Source of the DNA: Octopus sinensis
Lineage: Eukaryota
Direction: 5' to 3'
DNA: 64,000 nt
Assembly: GCF_006345805.1 (NCBI RefSeq)
Contig: NC_043003.1
Span: forward strand, 38,874,001 to 38,938,000
The notes beneath the pieces were generated by a model. That model saw only the letters and a program-made list of their open reading frames with translations, did no database searches and was not told the DNA's origin. The stretch's first letter is position 1. Each line of letters starts with the position of its first letter. The position numbers and the translations under genes are program-made. Below are positions 27,678 through 40,130 of the stretch, piece by piece.

Positions 27678-28129
27678 TGAAATACTAAGAGTAACCACAA
27701 CAAAAGCAAGAACTGCAATTGTGGCAGAAGCAGTAACAATAGTATGAGCAGTTTCTGCGAGGGTAGCGGCAGTAGCAGGGTTAACAGCAGTGAGCTACAG
27801 TGGAAGCAATTACTGCGACACGACTGAGTATCTGTTTCTTTATTACCCACAAGGGGCTAAACATAGAGGGGACAAACAATGACAGACAAACGGATTAAGA
27901 CGATTACACATCGACCCCAGTGCGTAACTGGAACTTAATCCCGAAAGGATGAAAGGCAAAGTCGACCTCTGCGGAATTTGAACTCAGAACGTAACGGCAG
28001 ACGAAATACGGCTACGCATTTCGCCCGGCATGCTAACGATTCTGCCAGCTTGCCGCCTTAAATAATATTATTATTCAGGTTACTGTCTGGAATCAAACTC
28101 GGAATCTTAGCCCACGAACTTAACCACAA
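27678..28129 (+). repeat. Direct duplication, copy 1 of 32570-33019 (flank + SINE B + flank)
   Basis: Near-identical by eye, with the same diagnostic internal SINE deletion (cttaatcccgaaagg). Confidence 0.9.
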
Positions 28130-28569
28130 ACACAGTCGAAAGCAAACACAGACCTCTTGATCTGAGCACGCTTGACCCAAGGATCTTTAAAGACGTTACA
28201 GCTGGATACTGTCTATGTGAATTTGGTAATTTATTTTATCGGTTTCGAAAAAACGAAAAAGCAAAACTGGTAACGGTAAGATTCGAAATCACATCGTACA
28301 GGACCAGAAGCATACCGTAAAAATCACTGTGTCTGACGATTTAAGAAAATCCCCCAATCTCCTGCATCAAACAAAGTGTCGTATTTTATCAACTGCGAAA
28401 CCTTAAGTAACTTTAAAGTTCATAAAATAAACTTTAACGTTTATTATTATCGATGTTAAAGTTGACTTCAGTTGGATTTGAACTGCGAACGAAAGATTCA
28501 GAGCAAATGGATATACACAAACAAACGCACATAAGTTACACAAACAATCAAACATACTCATGCATGCGA

Positions 28570-28610
28570 TCTCTCTCTTTCAGACACACACACACACACA
28601 CACACACACG

Positions 28611-28647
<37 letters not shown>

Positions 28648-28824
28648 GCACACGCACGCGCAGTTTCGCGCACACAGGGCTATTACATAAGAAAGATAAA
28701 GAGAATTTTCTGATATGCAGTTATTCAGAGAGACATTTACGTATGTATGCACATGTCTAGACGACCGCGCGTGTATGTATGTATGTATGCATGTATGTTT
28801 GTATATATAAATATATATATATAT

Positions 28825-28865
<41 letters not shown>

Positions 28866-28895
28866 TATATATATATACATATATATATACATACA

Positions 28896-28949
<54 letters not shown>

Positions 28950-29274
28950 CACATACACACACATATACACATATACACGCACATACACACATATATATAT
29001 ATATTACGCTTACTGACACACTCACAGAGAGGGGGAAAGAGAGACTGAGAGAGAGAGAGAATAAAAGAAGGAATCGTGAAATGTTAAAGAGGAATTTACT
29101 GATATGAACTTATTCGGAGTCACATACAAATGCATGCATGTATGTATGTATGTATGTATGTATGTATGTATGTATATGTATGTATGTATGTATGTACGTA
29201 TGTATGTGTGTATGTGTGTATGTATGTATGTATGCATGTATATGTGTATGTATGTATGTATGTATGTATGTATG

Positions 29275-29305
<31 letters not shown>

Positions 29306-29802
29306 TGTATGTATGTATGTATGTATGTATTTGTGTATGTATGTATGTATGTAGATGTGTATGTGTGTATGTATGTATGTGTGTATGCATGCATGTATGT
29401 ATGTGTATATGTGTGCATGTATCTAAGTATGTATGCATGTATGTACGAGCGCATGTATCTGTCTATCTCTGTATGTATACACACACACAATTTGAAGTCA
29501 TACACGTGTGCAAACACTAGTTCAAATAACACGCACGCAAGAAAGGAATAGGGAAATATCCAGGGGCAATCAGCTCGATAGCAACCTCAACAACCGCCAT
29601 ACATACATACATACATACATACATAAATACATACATACATACATACATGCATGCATGCATGCATACATACATACATACATACATACATGCATGCATGCAT
29701 GCATGCATACATACATACATACATACATAAGGTCGACATACAAAACATGCATGTGTGTGTGTATATATATATATATATGTGAGTGTGATGTGTATGTGTG
29801 TG

Positions 29803-29872
<70 letters not shown>

Positions 29873-30225
29873 ATATATATATATATATATGTATACATAC
29901 ATATATATATATATGTATACATACATATATATATATGTATACATACATATATATATATATACATATGCATATATATATGTATATATATGTCTGTGTATGT
30001 ATATGTATGTGTGTGTATGTATATATATGCATCTGTATGTGTATGTGATGCATGTATATATATATATATATGTACACGCACGCGCACGCACACAGACACA
30101 CAGACGCACACACATGCGCACGCGCACACACATGCGCACGCGCACACACATGCGCACGCGCACACACATGCGCACGCGCACACACATGCGCACGCGCACA
30201 CACATGCGCACGCGCACACATACAT
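28570..30225. repeat. Compound alternating purine-pyrimidine microsatellite field: (CA)n, (TA)n, (TATG)n, (CATA)n and an 18-bp cacacacatgcgcacgcg array
   Basis: Read directly; the 18-bp unit repeats about six times at 30107-30220. Confidence 0.95.
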
Positions 30226-30937
30226 AAATACCGTGTAAGTGAAAGAAAGCGAATACTAATGAGAAGACAAAGATACGAACCAACCAGTCAGCCAACCAGC
30301 CAGCCAGCTAAGCCAGCCTGCCAGCCAGCCTGCCAGCCAGACAAACAGCTAGACAAACAGACAGAGCGACAGACAGGCATACAGACACGCAGGCAAGCCG
30401 ACAGAGCAGTAGACTTGACAGAGAGGCAGTGACACTAAAAAGTAACGAGGACAATAATGCCAAGTTCAGGAAACGATATATATTTAGTCCGGATGTCTCC
30501 TCTTTTACTGCTTGATTAATTCGTCTGGTTCACATGGTCTAGGCATCTTTGGTTTGAAGGTCATGAAGTGATAACAACAACGATAGCAACAACAATAATA
30601 TCAAAACCTGCCACAGCAACAACAATAGCAACAACAACAACATATCAAAACTTGCCGCAACAATAATAACAAAAAAAAAAAAAACCGTCAGAAACAACAA
30701 TAGCAATAATAACATCAAAATCGACATCAACAGCAATATCAACAAGATTAGTAAAACCTATAGCAACAATAAAACCAAAGCTTGTAAAAGCAACAACAAA
30801 AGTAAGAATAATATGAACGACCTTCAGCTGCAACTTTAACAAGGATATCAAGAATATCAAAACTTTAACAAGAATATCAATAACAATATGGAAACCTACC
30901 TCAGCAACAACGATAATACGAAAATCTGCAGTAATAA

Positions 30938-31271
30938 AGAAAAGGGTAAAGACACCCTTCGGTTATGAACGACCTTGGGATTGCACCTGGAAAGTTACCC
31001 ACCGAGGCATAACTCCGGGCAAGGTTGTTTATGGAAAACCGGCAGTCACCCACGTATACCAGCCTCCCCTCTCCACGACTTCAAGGAAAAAGCCGATACA
31101 GCTTGGCACCAGTGACGTTGCAACTCATTTCTACAGTTGAATGAACTAGAGCAACTTGAAATAAAGTGTCTTGCTCAAGAACACAACATAAAGCCTAGTC
31201 CGAGAATCGAACTCACTACCTCATGATTGTGAGCCCGACGCTCTAACCACTGAGCCATATGCCTTCATGAT
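30938..31271 (-). mobile_element. SINE family D with 15-bp target-site duplication
   Basis: aatctgcagtaataa occurs at 30923-30937 and 31272-31286. Confidence 0.9.
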
Positions 31272-31293
31272 AATCTGCAGTAATAATAATAAT

Positions 31294-31675
31294 GGGGAAG
31301 CACTCCGTCGGTTTCGACGACGAGGGTTCCGGTTGATCCGAATCAACGGAACAGCCTGCTCGTGAAATTAACGTGTAAGTGGCTGAGCACTCCACAGACA
31401 CGTGTACCCTTAACGTAGTTCTCGGGGATATTCAGCGTGACACTGAGAGTGACAAGACCGGCCCTTTGAAATACAGGTACAACAGAAACAGGAAAAAAGG
31501 CTGAGAGAAAGTTGTGGTGAAAGAGTACAGCAGGGATCACCACCATCCCCTGCCGGAGCCTCGTGGAGCTTTAGGTGTTTTCGCTCAATAAACACTCACA
31601 ACGCCCGGTCTGAGAATCGAAACCGCGATCCTATGACCGCGAGTCCGCTGCCCTAATCACTGGGCCATTGCGCCT
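31294..31675 (-). mobile_element. tRNA-derived SINE family E
   Basis: Minus-strand head ggcgcaatggcccagtgattagggcagcggactcgcggtcataggatcgcggtttcgattc. Relative at 48030-48332. Confidence 0.8.
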
Positions 31676-32075
31676 GCATAATAATAATAATGATAATAAT
31701 AATACTGGTTGCAAATTTTGGCACAATGCCAGTAATTTCAAGAGAGGGGATATGTCAATTACATCGCCCCCTGTGCTCCACTGGTACTTATTTTATCGAC
31801 CCCGAAATGATGAAAGGTAAAGTTGACCTCGGCGGAATTTGAACTCTGAACGTCAAGAAGAACAAAATACCACCGAGCATTTCGCCCGTCGTGCTAGAAG
31901 ATACATTTTTATTGTTAAAATCGCAAGGATATATATATATATATATATATATTGTGAATTCATCTTATATATATATACATATATATACATCACACACACA
32001 TATATATATATATATATATTATATTATATATATATATTATATATATATTTATATAATATATATAATATATATATA

Positions 32076-32110
<35 letters not shown>

Positions 32111-32214
32111 ATATATATAGATATATTATATATATATATTATATATATAATATATATATATTATATATATATATATATATTATATATATATATTATATAT
32201 AATATATATATATA

Positions 32215-32545
32215 GGATGAATTCAGAAAAAAAAATCCAAAACAAAAGACGAAGACAGGTGGTGCAGACAACAAACAGATGTATTTTAACGTTCGGAAAA
32301 TGAAAAAGTATTTAACGTTTCGAGCCTACGCTCTTCCACAGAAAGGAACACAGAAAGAAACAAGGTGAGAAAATAAAGAATGTGTAGTGGCTAGCGATCT
32401 ATCATGGCGAATAACGGACCGAAGGGTCACACAGGAGAGCTAGGAAGAAGGGGGAGATAATAAAGTAGTGGTGATCCCAAAACGAAGGTGCGCGTGCGAT
32501 GCGTGTGTATAAGAGAGTATGTATGTGCGTGTGGAAGAGGGCTGA
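32215..32545 (-). mobile_element. Family G Penelope-like terminal fragment (longest copy) with hammerhead-like motif at 32310-32345
   Basis: Minus strand reads CTTT CTGTGGA A GAGC GTAG GCTC GAAA CGT T AAAT. Flanked by (TA)n. Confidence 0.6.
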
Positions 32546-32569
32546 TATATATATATATATATATGAAGT

Positions 32570-33019
32570 TGAAATACTAAGAGTAACCACAACAAAAGCA
32601 ACAACTGCAATTGTGGCAGAAGCAGTAACAATAGTATGAGCAGTTTCTGCGAGGATAGCTGCAGTAGCAGGGTTAACAGCAGTGAGCTACAGTGGAAGCA
32701 ATTACTGCGACACGACTGAGTATCTGTTTCTTTATTACCCACAAGAGGCTAAACATAGAGGGGACAAACAAGGACAGACAAACGGATTAAGTCGATTACA
32801 TCGACCCCAGTGCGTAACTGGTACTTAATCCCGAAAGGATGAAAGGCAAAGTCGACCTCGGCGGAATTTGAACTCAGAACGTAACGGCAGACGAAATACG
32901 GCTGCGCATTTCGCCCGGCATGCTAACGATTCTGCCAGCTTGCCGCCTTAAATAATATTATTATTCAGGTTACTGCCTGGAATCAAACTCGGAATCTTAG
33001 CCCACGAACTTAACCACAA
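32570..33019 (+). repeat. Direct duplication, copy 2 of 27678-28129
   Basis: See copy 1. Confidence 0.9.
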
Positions 33020-34142
33020 CGCCATATGCCCGTTGCCAAGACACGGCTGAGTATCACTACTGAAAAATCTGTAGTGGTAGCCGCATATGTTCTCGCTGTT
33101 TTAAGAAATGCGATCGTGACAGCCATTGCAATGACAGCAGCTGCGATTCTGTGGCTGCAGCAGGAGTAGTAAGAATGTTTTAGGTGTAACAATGTTAGCA
33201 GCAATTGCAGCTGTGACAAATGATGCAAAAATAACAACCAGTACTACACCATCGTATGTAACAATGTTGGTAGTAGCTTAGGCAGCCTCAGCTGTGACAA
33301 GCTATGCAAAAATAACAACTGTAACAGCACCAGAGTTCGTAGCAATGTTGGCAGCAGTTGTAATGATAGCGCTGTGACAAAAGCTGTGACAATAACTGCC
33401 AGCATCAGTAAACGTAACAATGTTGGTAGCAATTATAGTGGCAACAGTTGTGACAATTGTAACAAAACAAATTCTGACAGCGTCAGTGAACATAGCAGTA
33501 TCAGCTATAGTTATAGTGACAAATGCTGTGACAACCGCATCAGTAAACGGAGCAATGCTGGTTGTAGTTACAGCGGCTACTGTTGTGACAGCTTCTGTAA
33601 CAATACCAGTAGCAGTCAACATAGGAGTGTTGGCATTCACTACAGTGACTAAAGTTGTGACAGCTGTAACATTCACCGCCCCCTCCCCCCAAACACTAAG
33701 GCTGGAAGTGCTTGAATAGTATTTATATTTGTTTCAATGGCAGTGTGGTTTAGAAGTTTGTTTCGTAAATCTGTGATACTGGGTTCTATTCCACAATGCG
33801 CCATTTTGAGCAAGTGTCCTCTTCTACAGCCGTGAAATTTGGCAGACAGAAACTGAGCAGACTCCCCCCCTCCAAAAAAAAAAAATTTTAAAAAACAACC
33901 ATTAAATATGTTTTTCAAATACGAAGCTTTATAGTGTGTAGCTACCCGTTATATTTATACAAAGGTGATTAAAATGTCGCACCGAAGTAAATCGTGAAAT
34001 TATGCAGCCATATTGTACAAATGTAATGACCTCATGTCATTCGTAAGTGTGTCGATTGTTTCACTCTGTAATTCGGACGAGAGCAATTGTTGTTTCTGTG
34101 AGAACCTTGACAAAGCATTGATAAGAGGAGGAAATAAAGAAA

Positions 34143-35420
34143 GCAAGGCGGTGAGCTGGCAGAAACGCTAGCACACCGGGCGAAATGCTTAGCGGTATTT
34201 CGTCTGCCGCAACGTTCTGAGTTCAAATTCCGCCGAGGTCGACTTTGCCTTTCATCCTTTCGGGGTCGATAAATTAAGTACCAGTTACGCCCTGGGGTCG
34301 ATGTAATCGACTTAATCCGTCTGTCTGTCCTTGTTTGTCCTCTTTGCGTGTAGCCCCTTGTGGGTTGTAAAGAAATATGTATTTCGTCTGTCTCCGTGTT
34401 CTGAGTTCAAATTCCGCCGAGATTGACTTTGCTTTTCATCTTTTCAGGGTCGATAAATTAAGTACCTGTTGCATACTGGGTCGATCTAATCGACAGGCTC
34501 CTTCCCCAAAATATCGAGCCTTATTATGCCTAGAATAGAAAAGAATATAAGGCGGTGAGCTTGCAGAATAGTTACCGCAGCGGACAAAATGCTTAGCGGC
34601 TTTTTTTCCGATTTTACTTTCTGAGTTCAAATCTCACTGGAGTACTTTGCCTTTCATCCTTACAAAATCGATTAAACAAGTACCATTTAAGCTCTGGGAT
34701 CGATGTAGTCAACTTACTCTCCATCCCCGAAATCGCTGGTCTTGAACCAAAATTTGAAATCCATGTAAGGTGGCAAGATGGTAGAATTGGTAGCACCCGG
34801 AGGCGCTTCTTCTGGCTCTTTACGTTCTGAGTTCAGATTCCATCCGAGTTCCACATTACCTTTCATCGCTTTTGGGGTTGATGAAATAAGTAGCAATCAA
34901 GTGTTGGGGTTGAATTTTTAGGTACAATACCATCGATGTCGACGGGGAAGGATTAGTCGATCTGCAAAGAGATGAAAGAGGAAGTTTGACTTAGGCAGGA
35001 CTTGAACTTAGATGATTCTGTTAATTCGACATCTTTTAAGAATTGTTTCCTATGTAGGCATTAGGCCAGCAAATTTGAGGAGTAGAAAATAATCGATTCT
35101 CTCAACCTCAGTATTTGACTGGTACGTTACTTTATCAACCCCTAAAGGATGAAAGTCAATGTTGACTTCGATGGGATTTGAACTCAGAATGCTAAGAGCC
35201 TGAACAAATATCACAAGGTATTTTGAAACTCGCTTCAACAATCCAATGATTTTTTTTAAGCATTGGCGAAATACAGCACATTTCTTGTTTTGTTAAGGGA
35301 GGGTGAAGTCCTCTAAATTAGACCAAGTACTTGCTAGTACTATATTTTACCAACCACAAAGTCTGATGAAAGGTTAAGATGTCTATCCTGGCAGGATTCG
35401 AACTCTGAACAAAGCTGGAT
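34143..35420. mobile_element. Dense cluster of SINE family B and older relatives (dimer at about 34143-34550)
   Basis: Repeated gagttcaaat / ttcatcc...gtcgat domains in both orientations. Confidence 0.8.
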
Positions 35421-35461
35421 GAAACTATAATCTATTAACTTGTAGTTTATGTTGCTGTTTC

Positions 35462-36506
35462 GGCGCACATGGCGGAGATGTAACCCGACCCATTCTCCCT
35501 TTAAAAAAAAATTACGGAATCCCACGTTTTCGGCTAAGGCGATTCCGATTCTGGAAAAAACTTTGCAAAAATCGCAGCTTCAAAATTTCAACAACTGCGA
35601 TGTAGTTGTATGAGTTTTGTTGAGAAGTGTGTTCGGGGAAGATGCTTCAAGACAAAGTTCTGCTCGGTGGTCTGGTTTATGAAGTTGAAATAGATGAGTT
35701 TGCTATTCAAAAGGAAAAGCAAACGTAGGGAGGATAAGTCATCAAACGTGGGTTGTCGGATGTTCTGACACCACTGTGAAGATAGGATTTTTACAGCGCG
35801 TACCCGACAGAAGCACAGCAACACTGGAAACTGTAAAAATAGAAAATGTGTTGCTCGGTACGGTAATTCATACCGATAAATGGGCCAGCTATAGAAATTT
35901 ACAGCAACTTGGCTATATTCACCGAACGGTAAACCATTCACATACCTTCGTCGACTTTGAAACCGGCGCTTGCACAAACCACATTGAGGCCTATTGGTCC
36001 CGAATCAAAGACGGTTGAAGCATGTCACTGGATCATCGGATGATATGAAATGGTCACGCATCGACGAATCTATGTATCGAGAAATGTATGGATTTATGGC
36101 GAAGAAAAATTTCCAGAATTTCTATACATTTCTGAAACACATTGCCGAGGTTTTATCCCGCCTAAATTCCACTGGCACACATAGCTGAGGTTTCAGTCGT
36201 ACAAAAAAAAAAAAAAAACGAACAAAAGCAACAACAAATAAACCGAACACTTTAATTTCACTTTGTCACAGTATTTCTTTACTATTTTCGCTTTTCTTTT
36301 TCAAAAGAGTTTGCTGTTATTTCTGCACTCATATTTTTTGTAACTTTCAAAACAAACAAAAAAAATTGAAGTTTTGAAGTTGCGATTTTTGCAAATTTTT
36401 TTTTTTCAGAATCGGAATCTTCATAGCCGAAAAGGTGGGATTCTGTAAAAATAAATATTTTAAAAAAAGGCAGGAGGGGTCTGGTTACGTCTCCGCCACG
36501 TGCGCC
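35462..36506 (+). mobile_element. Merlin (IS1016/ISXO2-like) DNA transposon, internally deleted, with decayed DDE transposase
   Basis: 30-bp TIRs ggcgcacatggcggagatgtaacccgaccc and the reverse complement of ggcgcacgtggcggagacgtaaccagaccc (3 mismatches). Protein motifs LGG...VEIDE, RVPDRS...L, IHTDKWASY, TVNHS...FVD..TGACTNHIEAYWSRIK. Flanks gctgtttc and ctggtttc resemble a decayed 8-bp TSD. Confidence 0.85.
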
Positions 36507-36833
36507 CTGGTTTCTATAACGAATAATGATTTCAAATTTCGACGAAAGGCCAGTAATTTTAGAGGTACTTGATCCCAGTACATGATTGGTACACATTTTG
36601 GTACTTCTTGGTTATCTCACCCTCATTAAGAAAAATTGGGTTATCTTCCTCCACCGTTTATATGAAAAATATCGGTACTTTTGGTTATCTCCCCCACCAC
36701 AAAAAGATTGTTCAACTCTTAATAAAACAAAAAAAAAAAATGAAAAAAAAATCAATAAACATGAAAATTTGAAAAAAATTAATAAACGGGAAAACTGATA
36801 AAATTAATCATGTTATTGAATCTAATAACATTT

Positions 36834-38746
36834 TGGATCTTTTCGGTTTGAACGGCAGTTTTTAACATAATTTCTAGGTAACTAAAAATTTTAAACTTCG
36901 TACACTGGTAGAATGTGTTTATAAAACATCTTTTCTCTTGGCTTTATTGAGAAAATTCTATAGTTTGTAAGATATTTGTTGTTTTTTTTCTTCAATTTCT
37001 GCAATTTCAACCAATCAATTACGTCCATTGAGGTAAAAAACATTCTGTACCGTATGAATATGTCCCTCGTTTAAGAAACATATTGGGTTTATTTACATTT
37101 GTGAAGAAAGAAAGATACCCTTTCCCCCACTCCTAACTCTAACCCTAACCCTAAAATAGATTGAAATGCAATAGATCGATACTAGGGTCATAATTCGGTT
37201 AATATAGGGCGTAACAAATATCAGAAAATCAAAAAAAAAATGTGTGTAATAGGTGTAAAACAACTTCCTATGAACGAATATGAAAAAAAAAATTCGCGCA
37301 CGCGAAAGGGGGGTGGGGGAGAGGCCTCGGAAAATTCACATCGGGAAGTTCGAAGCGTCTGAGGGGCTGACCCGGGCACCAAAACAAAAAAAAAATAGTG
37401 TAATATGTGTAAAACAACTTGCTCTAAACGAATATGAAAAAAAAAATGCGCTCTCGAGAAAGAGGGGTGGGGGAGAGATAATGATGATAAAGAAATGAGT
37501 TGGATTTGAACTCAGAATATTGACTAACACAACTACATACTACAAGACTCAAAATATTCAGCCAAGTCACCACCCTTTAACTAGCAATAATAATAACATC
37601 AATAACATAACAGCCAAAAGATTTATTTGTTCTGAAAATAACAATCATAGTAAATAAATATGTTCTTTAATATTCACATTCATGTGCACAGTTAAACACA
37701 CTTACATACAAACAGTCACGCATGCATAATACAGAACGGAACACATAAATGAAGGATGCATTACTTAGTATGTATTACATCTAGAGAATTTTGATTAATA
37801 AGTCAAATATGCAAATTATAAAGATAATTAATTGCTTACTAAACAGTGTTGTAAAGGTGAAAGAATAAATTTGGGAAAAAAATACACCGCCAAACTAATT
37901 AATAAAGGATAATTAGGGAAAGATTGACACCAAATAATAATTTTTTCTTTCTCTTTTTTTCTGATAAATGCATCTTAATAAGTGAGAAGAATTGCATATA
38001 TCTGAACTATTTCAAAGAAAAGCATAAATTTAATGTTTAAAATAGCTTTAACCAAGGAATGAGATCCAACATTTCTTCACTTTTCCAGAATTTCTTCTCT
38101 TTATTTATTTTTTTTGCGAAATACGGAGTTTATGATTCATGTGTGAGTGTGTGTTCTGATACTCGTTTAGAACAAGTAGTTTTACACCAATTACACTATT
38201 TTTTCTTAGTTTAAAGGCCGTGGACTGAAGATGTGAAATTTCCGAAGCCTCTCCCCCACCCCCTTTCGCGAGCGCGCATTTTTTTCATGATAGTCGTTTA
38301 GAGCAAGTTGTTTTACACCTATTACGCTGTTTTTGTTTTTGTTTTTGTGCCCGGTTCAGACGCTTTCGGAAATTCCCGATATAAATATTCCGAGGCCTCT
38401 CCCCCACCCCTCTTTCTCGAGAACGCATTTTTCTTTTCATATTCGTTTAGAGCAAGTTGTTTTACACATATTACACTATTTTTTTTTTGTTTTGGTGCCC
38501 GGGTCAGCCCCTCAGACGCTTTCGGAACTTCCCGATGTGAATTTTCCGAGGCCTCTCCCCCACCCCCTTTCGCGTGCGCGAATTTTTTTTTTCATATTCG
38601 TTCATAGGAAGTTGTTTTACACCTATTACACACATTTTTTTTTTGATTTTCTGATATTTGTTACGCCCTATATTAACCCATAATTCTGGATGACAATTTC
38701 ATATGACACCATTAGAAAAAACTGCCGTTCAAACCGAAAAGGTCCA
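36834..38746. mobile_element. MITE (~420 bp when empty) with 30-bp TIRs and internal ctaaccctaacc; host of a nested insertion
   Basis: tggatcttttcggtttgaacggcagttttt (36834-36863) pairs with aaaaactgccgttcaaaccgaaaaggtcca (38717-38746). Confidence 0.8.
37197..38678. mobile_element. Non-autonomous long-TIR (foldback) DNA transposon with GG termini and 8-bp TSD; possibly Merlin-type
   Basis: TSD cataattc at 37189-37196 and 38679-38686. Region 37197-37473 is a near-identical inverted copy of about 38398-38678, and the arms are built of 130-155 bp subrepeats. Confidence 0.85.
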
Positions 38747-39143
38747 GCGTTTTTATTACAAATCATATCCTGCCCGCTGAGGATACCAATCGTCAACGAT
38801 GTGTTGAAATATAGAATCAATCTTTTGTTGCCACAAGCTCAACTTTTAGAGGAGAAGTAACCCAACTTTTTAATGGTAATTTTTAAAGAGGATGAGATAA
38901 CCAAAAAATACCCTCATTTCATCTTTCCCGAAAGAATGAAATGCAAAGTTGACCTCGGCGTGATTTGAACTCGGAACGAAAAGCGTCGGAAAAAGCGTCG
39001 GCAAGCATTTTGTCCGACACTCTGATTCTACTAGTTTACCGACTTTTTTCTGTAGCGAATAATAACAATTGTAAAATTAATAAACAATCGGCTGTCAGTC
39101 TCTTATCGTTCATAACAGTTATATATTGAAATGTCAGCCAGTT

Positions 39144-39225
39144 GACGAGGTGGCCGAGTGGTTAAGGCGATGGACTGCTAATCCATTGGGGTCTCCCCGC
39201 GTGAGTTCGAATCTCATCCTCGTCG
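39144..39225 (+). tRNA. tRNA-Ser-GCT: tRNA-Ser, anticodon GCT (82 nt, type II variable arm)
   Basis: Acceptor stem GACGAGG/CCTCGTC with discriminator G; D arm TGGCCGAGTGGTTAAGGC; anticodon arm ATGGA CTGCTAA TCCAT; variable arm GGGG-TCT-CCCC; T arm GTGAG-TTCGAAT-CTCAT. A T-run terminator follows about 10 nt downstream. Confidence 0.95.
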
Positions 39226-39339
39226 AGTGCATGTTGTTTTTGTTTTATATTTTTCTTTTGTCGTAAATTATCCTTTCTTTCCTGTGTTGAATGTTCTCGA
39301 CGAAGCGCATGAGAGGGAAATTGAGACAAAGAGAAAATA

Positions 39340-39378
<39 letters not shown>

Positions 39379-39789
39379 TGTGTGTGTGTGTAACAGCTAA
39401 GACTATATTATTTATACGGTTCCTTTGCAAACGTATGATTCCAGGTTCGAAACTATCTGGCATCACCTTTGGCAGGTGTCTTTCACTGTAGCATCTTGTT
39501 AAAGAAAAATGGTGATTAGACTGTTGGAGACGAAAACTGGGATAGAAATACGGGTCCGCAATTGTCTCAAGACATGGCCTGTTAATTCCGGAGAATTATC
39601 GAATACTTGAGATTATCTCCACTTGTCATTTAGAATCGGCTGCAATTATCAATATTCGTATGTTTACTTTCAATAAATTCTAATAGAATTTCTAAATCAA
39701 GAATTTATATTTCTTTGTTCTCATTATTCAAATTATACCACTGGCCAATCAATTATTTCTTTTAAATATTTTGTTTAATAATCACGGGC

Positions 39790-39950
39790 GCAGCAGTAGC
39801 TGTGTGGTAAGAAGCTCGCTTCATAACCAATGGTTCAGGGTTCAGTCCCACTGCGTGACACCTTAGGTAAGTATCTTCTACTATAGTATCGAGTCGACCA
39901 AAGCCTTGTGAGTGTATTTAGTAGACGGAAACCGAAAGAAGCCCGTCATA
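39790..39950 (+). mobile_element. SINE family C, 5' half
   Basis: Family match. Confidence 0.75.
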
Positions 39951-39964
39951 CATATATATATATA

Positions 39965-40130
39965 TATGGAGAATTCACAAAAAAACAAAAGACGAAGACA
40001 GGTGGCGTAGACAATAAACAGATGTATTAGTATAACGCTCAGGAAGTGAAAAAGTCTTTAAGGTTTCGAGCCTACGTATTTCCACAGAAAGGAACACAGA
40101 AAGATACAAAGAGAAGAAAAAAAAAACACG
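39965..40130 (-). mobile_element. Family G Penelope-like terminal fragment
   Basis: Family match; motif at 40056-40091 with mutated stem II; abuts (TA)n. Confidence 0.6.

Noticed and set aside
33020-33720. Thr/Val/Ala-rich ORFs of 92-124 aa with a recurring gctgtgacaa motif
   Set aside because: Open on both strands and in several frames, as expected from a decayed GCA/ACA/GTA trinucleotide repeat.
37130-37155. ctaaccctaaccctaa telomere-like hexamers
   Set aside because: Only 2-3 units, internal to a MITE; not an interstitial telomere array.
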